A stretch of DNA of 48,103 bases, filler included, from Dimargaris cristalligena (Eukaryota): assembly GCA_003614675.1 (NCBI GenBank). It is 2 parts of 2 records of this genome, joined end to end, with 100 filler letters (N's around TTAATTAATTAA, not from the genome) between each part and the next. Parts side by side here need not be neighbours in the genome. Positions count along the whole stretch, not along the records: positions 1 to 24,005 come from ML002600.1; positions 24,106 to 48,103 come from ML002601.1. One strand, written 5' to 3'. The notes beneath the pieces are model-generated. The model did not search any database. It was not told the origin of the DNA and saw only the letters and a program-made list of their open reading frames with translations. Shown in pieces: positions 22,612 to 34,243 of the stretch (position 1 is the stretch's first letter; every line of letters starts with the position of its first letter). The position numbers and the translations under genes were made by a program.

Positions 22612-24005
22612 CGAAAACTGGGGAAAGGGATCACACGATGATCAGGCAACCTCCCACGATTCAGGGCACAAGCTGGGGGGTGGTCACGTTGGTGGGAGAG
22701 GGGGGGGGTCAGGGGTTCAGCGCTCGTCACCAGCGGAAAGGGGAGCGCCGGAAAAAGGGAAGTCGAAAACACAAGAGGGATTGGAGACGCCCCAGACCGA
22801 AAAAGCCCAAAAGCCAATTAAACATATATACTAGACCCGGGTAAGCCGGTTGGACAAAACCAAAGAACCGTCCGTAATGTATATAAGTAAGTAGGTAAGT
22901 AAGTAAGTCTATGGCTCGGCCTAACTTCGAGTCTTTCGACTAATCAACTATTAAGGGGACTAAATTAGTTGGTAACGGACAAGTAACGGAAGAAGGGGGA
23001 GAGTGTAATGATTAAATATCGGGCACATTGGCTATTCATTAGTTATTAATTGCAACAGTAAGAAAGGCCGGTTATACGATAGAAGGTATGGGACCACTCA
23101 TTCTTGTACTCAAACCGGAGAGAGTCATTGATTCATGTGAGCAGTCAATCCAAAACTATAGGGTTTAGCCGAAGACAGACAATACTACAACGACCAGCCA
23201 CAATTCCAAAACAAACATGGGGTGTGTGAATGAATTTCACCCGGCCGCTAAACTTCGCTGCCAATAGTATACATTAAAACACAATATCACACAGTTAGCT
23301 CCCTATCCAGCTCTTGGGCCAACCATACCGAGTAGAGAGAGTAGGAAGCTCGGTCATACACCGGTTTCAGGATCGTTTCCATGGAACTAACGTACGAGTC
23401 TTATTGGCTCAGTTTTAGTATAGTTACGAGCACACCATCCCAGTTCCATATTTTTCATACACCACCCCTGCCCCCAAAGCCCACATATACCACACGTGCC
23501 CCTTTGGGTAACACTGCCATGGATCAAAGAAAATCATGTATCGATTAATATAAGGCGCATAAGAGGTAAATATGATTATGCAGCGACATTCCCACTTTAA
23601 AAGTACTATAGTGTTTGAAAAACAAAGGCGCCACATCTTCAAAAATGATATCCCTGAACCAGATAATGGTAATCGAAACCGGAGGTGGCCATACTAGCCC
23701 ATATAAAATTACCAATGGATACCATGGTTTGCGTGTATCGGAGGTTTTTTAATATATAAAAATGTTGTCCCTTGTCCATGTAGTTCCTTAAAACAGCCCA
23801 GGCACCATAATATTATGCTAATGGAGGAATGGCCCGCCGGGGCCTATAGATATCCTGGCCTAAATTAAATGGAGCAAGGGGGGAGGTAAACCAATTAGGG
23901 GGGTCCTCGTAAAATTAACATTTAATATATAACACATAGCAGAAAAAAGTTGTTGTGCAGCGATGGGAAAAACTTAATAAAGCGGAATGAATAATAAGTC
24001 CCGAC

Positions 24006-24105
24006 NNNNNNNNNNNNNNNNNNNNNNNNNNNNNNNNNNNNNNNNNNNNTTAATTAATTAANNNNNNNNNNNNNNNNNNNNNNNNNNNNNNNNNNNNNNN
24101 NNNNN
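24006..24105. other. Assembly gap / contig-join linker (44 N + TTAATTAATTAA + 44 N)
   Basis: Exactly 100 bp, with a central palindromic 12-mer that gives stops in all six frames; artificial. Confidence 0.95.
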
Positions 24106-24266
24106 CCTGCGAGACTGAGTCCGAGACTACCCCCGTCTCCAACACCGACGTGACTCCCACCGACTCCACCTCCACCGAGGAGACCCCCTGCGAGACTGAG
24201 TCCGAGACCACCCCCGTTTCCAACACCGACGTGACTCCCACCGACTCCACCACCGCCGAGGAGACC
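24106..24266 (+). repeat. 81 bp (27 aa) coding tandem repeat, two visible copies
   Basis: cctgcgagactgagtccgagac... starts at 24106 and again at 24187. Confidence 0.85.
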
Positions 24267-24440
24267 ACTTCCACCGAATCTGAGACTTCCGCCACTACCT
24301 CTGAGACTCCCGGATACCCCGTCGTTTCCCCTCCCGGTGAGACTACTCCCGTTGAGACCACCACCCCCGCTGAGGCCACCACCACCCCCAGCTACCCCGT
24401 CTGGGGCCCTCCTCAGGACTCTACCCACCCTCAGTACTAA
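24108..24440 (+). CDS. C-terminal fragment of a Thr/Glu/Ser/Pro-rich tandem-repeat protein (probable cell-surface or wall glycoprotein); 5' part lost in the gap
   Basis: Open from the gap edge: CETESETTPVSNTDVTPTDSTSTEETPCETESETT...GYPVVSPPG...PSYPVWGPPQDSTHPQY*. Strong C/G-ending codon bias. Confidence 0.75.
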   Translation, partial: CETESETTPVSNTDVTPTDSTSTEETPCETESETTPVSNTDVTPTDSTTAEETTSTESETSATTSETPGYPVVSPPGETTPVETTTPAEATTTPSYPVWGPPQDSTHPQY

Positions 24441-25017
24441 AATATAGGTTTCTCTCTTAGATGTCTGGTTCCGTCTTGAGCGTCCTCAACTTTCGTGCGA
24501 CTTAATCTGACCTATACTGCCTCCTTGACCGACTTCATGAGCTGGCAAGTATAAATACCAAGTCGATCATCCTTACATTAACCTTGTATGTTCCGTTGCA
24601 TTCGTGATATCTCACACCCAGGGTTGGTTTAGCGGGAGGCTCTCTTTCTCTATTCTCATCCTTTTATCAGTTCTTAACATGTAGCACATGTTTAGCTGTC
24701 GATTTATTCTTCTGTTTCTCATTTATCACTTATTACTACTTAATGACGTTTATTTAGCTTCAATCTCGCTAGATAGGAAATAAAGCTTCCCCATATTCAA
24801 TTTATTTTTGTTCTGTTCCTTGGATAGCTTGGCCCATATTTTATAGGGCCGATTTTGGTATACGACATGTACTCCTATGCTCAACTAGAAATGAATTTGA
24901 ACCGATGACCGGAATGGTTTGGATTTAATCCGAATTGTTTGCGTTTCAGTGGCGATTCAATAGCAATCTTCCAAACCAGGTTACTTAGTCGTTTTTTTTA
25001 TTTATGCGCTCATCAGA

Positions 25018-25218
25018 CTAACATTTTAGTGGCGCTAATGTAGTGACACGTCCCAGGGATCCGGGAGGGTTCTGTGTGTTCCTACCGGGTTGAAGAGTCC
25101 CGGGTCGTGACGAAGGGGAGGCCGGAAACAACCGCTCAAGCGGAGAACGGGGACGGGAAGGCGAGGGCGGAGGAGATGCCTCTGGGCTCTCGGTATATGA
25201 GCGTTTTGATCGGAACAT
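25018..25218 (-). CDS. Possible small Ser/Pro/Arg-rich protein (66 aa) or gene remnant
   Basis: GC-rich ORF in AT-rich flanks with AACATG context; no recognisable domain. Confidence 0.3.
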   Translation of the reverse strand: MFRSKRSYTESPEASPPPSPSRPRSPLERLFPASPSSRPGTLQPGRNTQNPPGSLGRVTTLAPLKC

Positions 25219-28200
25219 GTTGGGTTTAAAATATAAAAAAATGATAATAAAACAATTCGAGTTCAGGGGCCGCGGCTACTTTTCTTTCGCTCTTCGGCGG
25301 CCTTGTTTAAAGTGATAAATTAATGGATAGGTTTTTATAAAGAAATATTTATTTAGGAATAAGTGTGGTAAAATCAGTAATATATGACTAGTTCGTTTTC
25401 TCGGTGGATTTCTCCCCGATTAAGGATGAAATTGGGCGGGTTTTTATACCCGAACTACTAAACTACGATGTAAAAATATCAGAGGCGCCGAACGGTCGTC
25501 GACGATGATTTCTTCCGTCTCGACCGCTCTTCTTCAACACTTTATTACCTCATAGCATAGAAAACCTCACCTTCTCTCACGGTTTCAGCGATAACGGCTT
25601 TTTCTAGGCAATGAGTTCAATGTTGACGCCCGTTTCGGATTAAAAGAAATATATATAGTAATGATCCGGTCTTGATAAAACCAATAAAGAAATTGATAAA
25701 AATAAGCTTCCCTCAAGCCTGCACTATGCAGCAGTACACTAATACGCCCCATCCACCATTGCGGGTTGTTTTTCTATAATTTGGGGAATGTATGGCGAGC
25801 TGAATCATGAAGTATAATTGTAATCTTAAATGCCATCAGTGCCTCGGGACTATATTATAGTTTGGATTTTGTCTATACTAGGGGTTGAGTTACTTCTGGG
25901 AAACTGGTGAATGCCCTGTCAGTACAGTGTTATTTCTTACACCCCTATCCTCGGTTCGTTTGAGTTGGTCATAAACATGACTGTTCCGTATATTTATTAG
26001 AAGCGCCGTTTAGCTGTCAATAAACAAGCGTAGTCACACATAGGTCTCCCAGACTAAGGCCCTTCGGGGTTACTTTCTGTTTGTTTTTTTGAGGGTGAAA
26101 TCTTTCAATAGAAGTGGTGGAAGTCGGATGGGATGACCACGTATGGCCCCCCTTACCTTCCTGGATTGAGTTCACGCATGGCAGCCGCCAGGGGATGTGT
26201 TGCAATTCCCGGGGATTTCTGATTTTTTCCAAGGCGAGGTAGCGAAATTATGGAACCCTCGATTGTTTGAGGTGCATAGCAAGGTGACCGACGCTGGTAG
26301 TTGCGAATATCACCATAACACCACTTACTTACATTGTGTACTAATATAGTTCAGTGCCGGGCAGGACAGGTATAAATTGGCTGGATTTTACTCCTGGCGC
26401 CTGATTTACTATTAAACACCCCTAACTAATACTCGGGGGGGGAGAACATACCCAAAGCCCAGATGCCCTTAGAGGTAAAATATTCCTACTGCAGTGAATT
26501 TAAATGTCAATGTATTTTACAAAGCCAGTGGCACACCCAAGACTATAAACCACGAGGCCAATTCCAATGAAAATACCAGCATGGTGGGGTTAGGGTGCTT
26601 AGGAATGTCTTGGCAATAGCGCATCTATAGAGACGGGTGTGTAGTGAATAACAAGGGATGGCAAACCAATGCCAGATAAACTTGGCGGATTAGAGCCACC
26701 TAGTCTAAAAATAGAGGCGAGTGCGATTATAATTAAATGGATGCTTGCCAAACAATTTTGACTACTGGCCTTGGGTATTTAGATATTAGCCTGTGAGTGG
26801 CCTAGTTTATTGGTATGGATTGTATTATGGTTGCAATAAACTGATAGGGTCTCCCTCTACACCCAGCCCTGTACTTACTTTATTAATTGGGGGCTGCAAC
26901 AGGAACCGGATTGCCACATGACTAGCCCTCATGCTGCACCTTGGGTGGGCCAGGCCAATCCGCCGTATCTTTTTAGCCAGAGAGATGAGGGTGTATTTCC
27001 AGAGGCAGGTTTACCATCCCCAGTTCGCTTTGATTCTCCGGTTATCTTAAGAAACATGGTCCATCGATGAAGAAGTGGATGGTGCGTTAAGCCATACCGC
27101 TAGGGCCATCGAGACACCCATTTACCTATGTGCGGTGTCAACTGCCTTCCCCAGCCGCGGCATTGACAAATGAGCACATATGGCTAAAACTTGGTGAATC
27201 GAAAAGATTAAAATATAAAAATTCACGCGGTTTGAATTAACGTACCGATACGGGTATTAAAGTGGGGAGTGAGAATGCTGGACACTGGCTGAGTCTGGGT
27301 CGGTATAGTCCAAAGTGGCTGGCCGCCGGGTTTTTTCCAGTTGTTCGACTTCGGAAAGCGGATTTCAACCACAACACCACGCTACTGCGCCTAATACTGG
27401 TCGGAAACGCCGGTCAGCCAAAGCCTATCGTTTGAGTAGAGCCACCTTGGCCAATAATCAGCCTTGACCTTGATTTGGTTCATGGGTCAGGGTGGGGCGG
27501 AGTCCTCGTTTCTCGGTAGGTTATTGTCATGTTTCTCGATTTTCCTGTCATGGCCTCACCATATACACAGTTGGCCATGAAGCAGAATTAGTTTCCACAT
27601 GCTAACCGGTGTAATACAAGTGAGCTACAGCGGTATTCTCTGGGCCATGGGATTCGCAGTCTTGAAAGGGGGGGGCTGCTTTAGGAGTAGCTAATATGGT
27701 ATTGGGAGAACCCCGCTGGATTTCGGCTTAGGATGGAGGTAATGAACGGGGCTTATCAGGGACATCATCGCCTCCGCCAGCTGACCGGCCGCTTTGGGCG
27801 GGTGGGAAGAGACTGAATTCAAGAATAGTGAGGTTCGGCCCAGCCGGGGTGCAGTTGGAAGACCGGGCCGGCTTATCGGTGTCACGCTGGGCCGATAATA
27901 GGCGGGTTCACGCGGATAGCCATGTCGTTTCATTACGGAGGGTAGACGCTTATCGGTTAACCGGCCCCTGGTGGGATCTTCCGTGGCAAATGGGTCGGGC
28001 TGGGTTGGAGTGGAGTGGTTAGCAGATAGCCGGAGGAACTCCTTCACCTTGGCTGGGGCGGGGTAGTGTACTTAAACCCAGGGCCGGTGCCCGTCGCCTG
28101 AATCTTTGCCACCCACTTTAGTTATTGCGGACTCTCCAGAGCCCGTTTGTTAACCCCTCTGTTTTCATGCATACAAGCTTAGCTCTGTGCACCCTTTCTC

Positions 28201-28839
28201 CCCAACCGCCCCTCACATTGTCTCTATAGCCTCCCTTCCCTTATCCCAACCGCCCACTCCTCCTTAGTCTTCCCATTCGCCTTTGCTCATTCGCCGCCAA
28301 CCGGAACCGCATTCCCTCCCTAACCCTACCCGCTTACTCCGAGGTATCCTTCCTTGCTCGAGCCGACCAGCAGGTAAGCCGCTGTTTTCCGAGGACCCAC
28401 CACCACTTATTAGCCCGGTGCGAAGACAAAGTACGCCCAGTCCCGTCGTTATTAGGCCCTTTCTGAGGGGCACCAGTCCACTATCGAAGGAGGAAGGGGG
28501 TTCTGCTCTTACTGCACCCCTTCCTCGCTATTGGCCTGTGTTTCAAAGGCGGTGCTTTTTTATATATTTGGTAATAGAGGGGACCCAGTCCGTCTTTACG
28601 TTCCAAAGTTGTTTAGGGGCCAGCCGGCCGTCGCTGTCACTGCCACCACCACGGACAATGCAATTGTTCATCATAGACTGTCGTATCTCAAGCCAATGGC
28701 CCCGCTATGGTTTCCGGCTATTAATGCAGTCCCCTTTTCTCCTCTGCCTTGGTATCATTTCCCACCATTGCCTAGATCCAATTACAATTAATCCCATTTT
28801 CCCCCGATCGACTCGCTCTCTTTCCCCATCCACTGAACC

Positions 28840-29832
28840 ATGACCGTTATGTACGATACGCCCCAACCCAACGGTATTCTAATGTCTGACCCGTCCCGAA
28901 CCGGCCGCCGCCGAAGCTCGGGGGCCCAGCCGAAATACGCCGATCGCATCCAAGCCGGCCTGGCCCTGGCCAGAAAGCTCCGCTCCCACTTCCAGGGACG
29001 CCGCAACACAGGTGGGTACCTCAGACATAACATGATGATGAGTGGACCTTGTACCCCTGTCATTTCCTCACTGCTGTGGGTTCTGCCGGCCTGGCTAATC
29101 TGGCCAAAACATACCCTATACCTCTGAGAAGGGGGGGGGGGGTTGGCCAACCTATTTTTATTCTACTAGCCATGCGTGACAATCGACTAACCGCCATTCG
29201 GCCCACCTCCCCCATATCATCTTTTCTATCCCTACGCCCCAGCCATTTTGGCCATTTCCAAGGCCGGACTGGTCGTTGCCAACACCGTGGGCCAGGAGCT
29301 GAACCTGCCGGTGGGTGTCTTTTATGTGCGCCAAATCAGGTGCCCTTCGCAACCCCGCTTGTCCCTGGGGGCCATGACGTCAGGCGAGCTGTGCTCGCTA
29401 AACGAAGACATCGTCAAAGGACTGCACCTTCCCACCGAAGCCATTCGCCAGGCAGCCGAGGCCACTTATAGTAGTATCGAAGAGGACCATACGGATCTCC
29501 ATCCCCGCCATCTAAGAGTCCTCCAACAAGTGCTGAGCCCTAGTGTCGCCCATAGTACACTAGACCCCGTCCAGCATCTAATTTTAATCGACGACGGCAT
29601 CGTGGCCGGTGACGACATTCGCTCCGCCGTGGACGCCCTGCGTCGGGCCCGTAGCGATCTGAAAATCACCGTGGCTACGCCCATCGGGGTCGCAGATACG
29701 ATGAAAATGATCGCTCGTCGCGTGGAAATGACGGTGACCGCCTTCGTGCCCAGTGCCGCGTACACAGTGCCCAGTTGGTACGAGACAGGTACTGCCCTGT
29801 CTCCCGAAGAAACCGACCAACTGACTCATTAG
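28840..29832 (+). CDS. Phosphoribosyltransferase-like protein of the prokaryotic COG1926 type, 253 aa. Exons 28840-29011, 29243-29832
   Basis: YADRIQAGLALARKL, AISKAGLVVA, VRQIRCPSQPRLSLGAM, LILIDDGI, VATPIG and VPSWYE follow the FxDRxxAGxxLA / GLPRGG / VRKIGxP / DDGxATG / VGxWY pattern. Phase-1 intron GTGGGT..GACTAAC..CAG. Confidence 0.78.
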
Positions 29833-30017
29833 TACTACATCTTACCATTCGTTACCTCCCTTGTCGGTTACATCGGTCCCTAACGGAGGAAACCAGGCCT
29901 GCCCTATTTGGAAGCGCCCCCATAATTATTTTTACTGACACTGTCGAATGCTTCTCTAGCAGGAGGATTATGGGTGAGGATTCTGTAACTATACCAGTTA
30001 CCCACCCAAACTATTAG

Positions 30018-30048
<31 letters not shown>

Positions 30049-30050
30049 TA
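30018..30050 (+). repeat. Imperfect (TA)n microsatellite
   Basis: Seen directly. Confidence 0.85.
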
Positions 30051-33000
30051 CTACTACTACCACTACTAGTCCAAACCTGTTTTTCTTTAGCTCGTCCTTC
30101 CCCGTCTGGTTAAATCAGAAAATTACACATGTTATTCTAGTGCGAAACCAGTTGCTGCCAATTCAACCCTCGCACACCTCACATCTAGCTCCATTCATTT
30201 ACCACGACTGCTCCCACCGCTTTTGCCCATCTGCTTCCTCCATAGTATTATCCACACCCACCCAATAAATGTCGATATTGGAGCGTACTTACATGTTGCT
30301 AATGAAATTGGCATTCAGTTATGTTTAGCGTACTCGATAGGAGAGCGATTTACAGGGGACCAACCACGCTCCCCAGCGCCCAATCCGGAATATATATTTA
30401 CACCTGCCATTTAACTCGTCAATAAGCGCTAGTGGGTGCATTTAGTATGTGGTATATTAAGTTGAAATTCCCCCCAGCACTAAATTAGTTGTACATGGCT
30501 CTATGGGTGTGTTACAGCCCAAAAGAGACGGGTGCAGTGTAATCAAGTGACCATTTATTGGACAGGCCGGTCCGTTGGCGACATCCCTGGAGGGGGAGTG
30601 AGGGGAAGAAGTATCACGGCATGGCCTGACGGGGCGAAAAAAGTGTAGGTAGCGGTGCCCATACCCGAGATAGGGAGTAAGGCATGGGGACTGCGTATCC
30701 TGCCCAGGAAGGTTTAATTTGCTGGACCAGAGAATTCGGGGCTACGCCGAGTGGGCCGGTCTTCTGCCAAGCAGGTCTCCGGAGGCCAGATTGGGCCGAA
30801 GGCACGGCAAATAAAGCACAATAAGGGAACCCGTCAATCCTAAAGTGGCGGTCTTGAGGGACATGGGATAGGTCACTTCATTTGCACATTCAAGACCCTC
30901 GGACAGCATCTGGGTTTGCGGGGAGACGGTGAGCACTAATGTACTCTAGAGCGGGTTATCCATTTTCCTAGAACACGCGAGGGAAAAACGACCGCCAATC
31001 ACACACCACTACAGCTAAGGCCCATGGAAGGGTTTAAATGCAAGTGCATACCAACCGACAATCTGATTATACTATACTCCCTACTAAGCGTGCAAGGAGA
31101 TTGGCGTACGGCATGTGTACCGGCGGAAGGCACTGTCACGCCCCTCTGACTCGGTGATATACCGGTTTCCCCTGGACGGCAGAGGAGTATACCTTCCCCC
31201 CTCTCCCCACACACATACATACACCATCATCGGCTTTAGCGAACCGAAGCCCCCCCCCCTTATCAGCGACCTTTAAGTGAATGACGGTACTTCATTGGAG
31301 ATATTGTGGTAAGGCAGGGGGGGAGGCACTTCCGATATGCACCAACTCGGCTGACGAAGGGGGGGGTGTCAGTCGAAAGAAAAAGAGTGCAAAATGGATT
31401 TATAACGTACTGTAATTCAACGCCGGCCGCTACTTTATTACTTTCAGGCCCTTTAACAACGGGAGGCATTGTTCCGGTGGGCCAGTCCAAGATATCCAAC
31501 GAATGGGTCGATCCAAGGTCCGGGGACTGTTTCCGCCCTTCGTTTTCGCCGGCATACTTTCCTTCCTCTGCCTCGCCCTTGGGCGCCACCCCGTTCTTCC
31601 CTGCAACCGATAATGTAGTTCGGTGCCCAGCGGTTGGAGCGTGACTGTAAATGGGACCAATACCAGCAGCACCTGCGTGTCTCCTTTGGGTCGGTGTAGG
31701 CTATATAGTGCGCTAGGGACGAGAAAGGAGGGAGAGGGGGATGGATGCCCGGCCCTTCCCCCGGCCGCTCGACTCGAGACCCCCCTTTGAGGCTCGTAGG
31801 GCTTACAAGGCCACAAAGAAGGGCGAGTGACCAACCACAGCCGCTTGGGCCAAAGGATATGCGCATAATAAGGCTCGAGTTGGAGGAGAAAGTGCAGCGC
31901 TCCCCTGTTAGTGGGCCGTCTCTCCAGCGCGAGGGAACTAGCCTCCTCCTCCTCCCTACTCAATCAATAGTAGAGGGAAGTGTGTGTATGCGCATATATG
32001 CAGTTTTAGCGGGCAGCAGTGCCGTCTCTCCTCTTTGTTGCCCCTCCCTACTGCTGCCATTCTATACGACTCGGCGAGTATTAAAAAGCGGGCATTCCCT
32101 TCCCTGCCGGGCACTGCTCTATTCGTCACGGTTGCTGCCTATTTTTACCCCTTCAACACTTTTTAGACTGCTTCCCACCCATTTTTTTCACGCGGTGTAC
32201 GTCGTTGCTGCTTTCGATTGTGCCATTGGACTACTTACCTAGCTGTGCTACCCATTGATTCTGGATGGGCTTCGAATGGCTTGATGTAACCAACACACCC
32301 CTAGCTATTCGGTCCAATTTCCTGCCCTCTCTCCCTTTTACAATCCCCTTTACCCTACTATTATTATCCGGTAGCTTGTTACATTAGTATACATCTCCGA
32401 CTTCTCTGGCACTCTTCCCGATTAACGCATTATCACAGCTCGTTCGTTGATTATAGAATTAATGCCCGTCTCCCCCCCATCTAGTTCGGTTGGCCAAATT
32501 ATCCAAAGCACCTAGTAGTATCACCGCTAATTAGTTTTCCCCTTTTGATGTATTTTTATCACAACTTTCCCGACATTTTTAATTGATATCCACGCGACTA
32601 TTACTTTCCCCTGGACACTCCCCTTATTACTTACTATCCCCCGACCCTTATTTCATCGACTTTTAGTTCTCCCGAGTGACCTCCCCCCTCGTCTCTAATT
32701 CCGACCAGGTAAGTCCACGCCCCCACTCTCGGAGTATCGAATTAAGCCGATCCCGCCGGGCCGCTGGAGCGAATGACAAACATTGCGCAGTCTGTGCACC
32801 GTCCGACCACCCTCCCTCTCTATATTCACGAGAGAGAGCCCCACTCCCTATGGTTGTTAAACCTGGCCCAGCGGCTATTGGTCTAGCAAAACACCCAAGG
32901 CGGTAATAATCAGCTTGTGGTTTTTCAGAGGGAGAGCCTCGCTTGCCTATAGGTTCGTCGTTGGTCAGAAGAACCCTCCCCCCCACACCTCTAGATTCTG

Positions 33001-34243
33001 ACAGCATATAGAACCCTCCCCTCTTGCTTTCTGTATTGGCGTTGACTGTAGTATGCACGCATATACACGGAAACTAGCTGGTGAAGAGAGGTGGAGAGAG
33101 GGGGGGACCCGCCACTTCTCCTCTGCCCTGCTTAGAGCGGGGCTATTATAGGTCGAAACTGGTGGTGGGGGACGGGAACCCGCCCACCCACGCCGGAAGG
33201 AGTAGGTGTGACACGGACGCCCGCGCCCACACAGCCTAACTCACCCACCCCGGCGGCCAACTGGCCTTTTGCTTCTCGGACCCTCTCACCCCTCTCACTT
33301 TCCCTCTAACTCCTTCTTTTGACCTTGCTTCCTCATTTGTATCGTCCTCCCTACCTCCTCTGTCGCGCGCGCATTCCCTTTGTCTACACTTACTGCGACC
33401 CTCTCTTCTTCACACGTGCTGTCCTTTGATGCCTCGGTCGCTGCCCACTTTCGACCACCCTTGATATGTACCAGGCCGCGTCCCCTGTATTCCTGGGTCT
33501 CCCTCATTCACCAAAGGTAAGTTTTGCACTGGCCTCAACTTCGGCCGAAGCGGCATGCTAACACTCGGCGTGTAAGCGATTCAAACGTGTCCAACGCCAG
33601 GGGAAAGGCTAGAGAATAGGAGGCTTAGAAGGATTTTCCCTTACTTTGACCGACCTGTCAGTTTATTTCACGGAGAATCCTCCGTCTACTGTATCTAGGG
33701 GGAAGCGAGACTGGGGTTTATCCCCCGCCCTTTCCTTCTATAAATTTATCCGCCCAGTCCCAGCCAAATGGACCTGGGGTCCCCGTTCCTTGGGACCCTT
33801 CGCCCTACTGCTTTGTTGCGCGGCGGGTCCCAGGGCCTTGGGCATCTTCTTGGTCGGAAACCGGTGGCCCCTGTTCCTGCACGGTCCCGCCATCCTTTCC
33901 CTCCATCACACTCACATACATGTATTATACTACTATCATTGTTTGCCTGTACGATTTTGATGAACATTATCCGCTATATAGACCACCTCCCGCTCAGCGT
34001 CCTCCCTTGCCCTTTAATCACCGATCCCATCGCCGCCGAGGTTCATTGGATTTATTATCCGATTCATATCTCGCTCTTATCCGGTGGTTCGTGACCAAAA
34101 AATCGCCTTTGCTATCTACCTGATTCCTTCACGTTGGGCACACTCGCTGGCCTTCACTCGCGTCTCAGACCCCCTCCTCCACTCACCTGTGCCAGGTACT
34201 ACCATCTGCCAAAATTAAGCGCCAACACTCACCCGATCCTCCC

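Noticed and set aside
24006-24105. Palindromic TTAATTAATTAA as a biological element
   Set aside because: It is centred in a symmetric 100 bp N spacer and is a six-frame-stop assembly linker. Adjacency across it is unproven.
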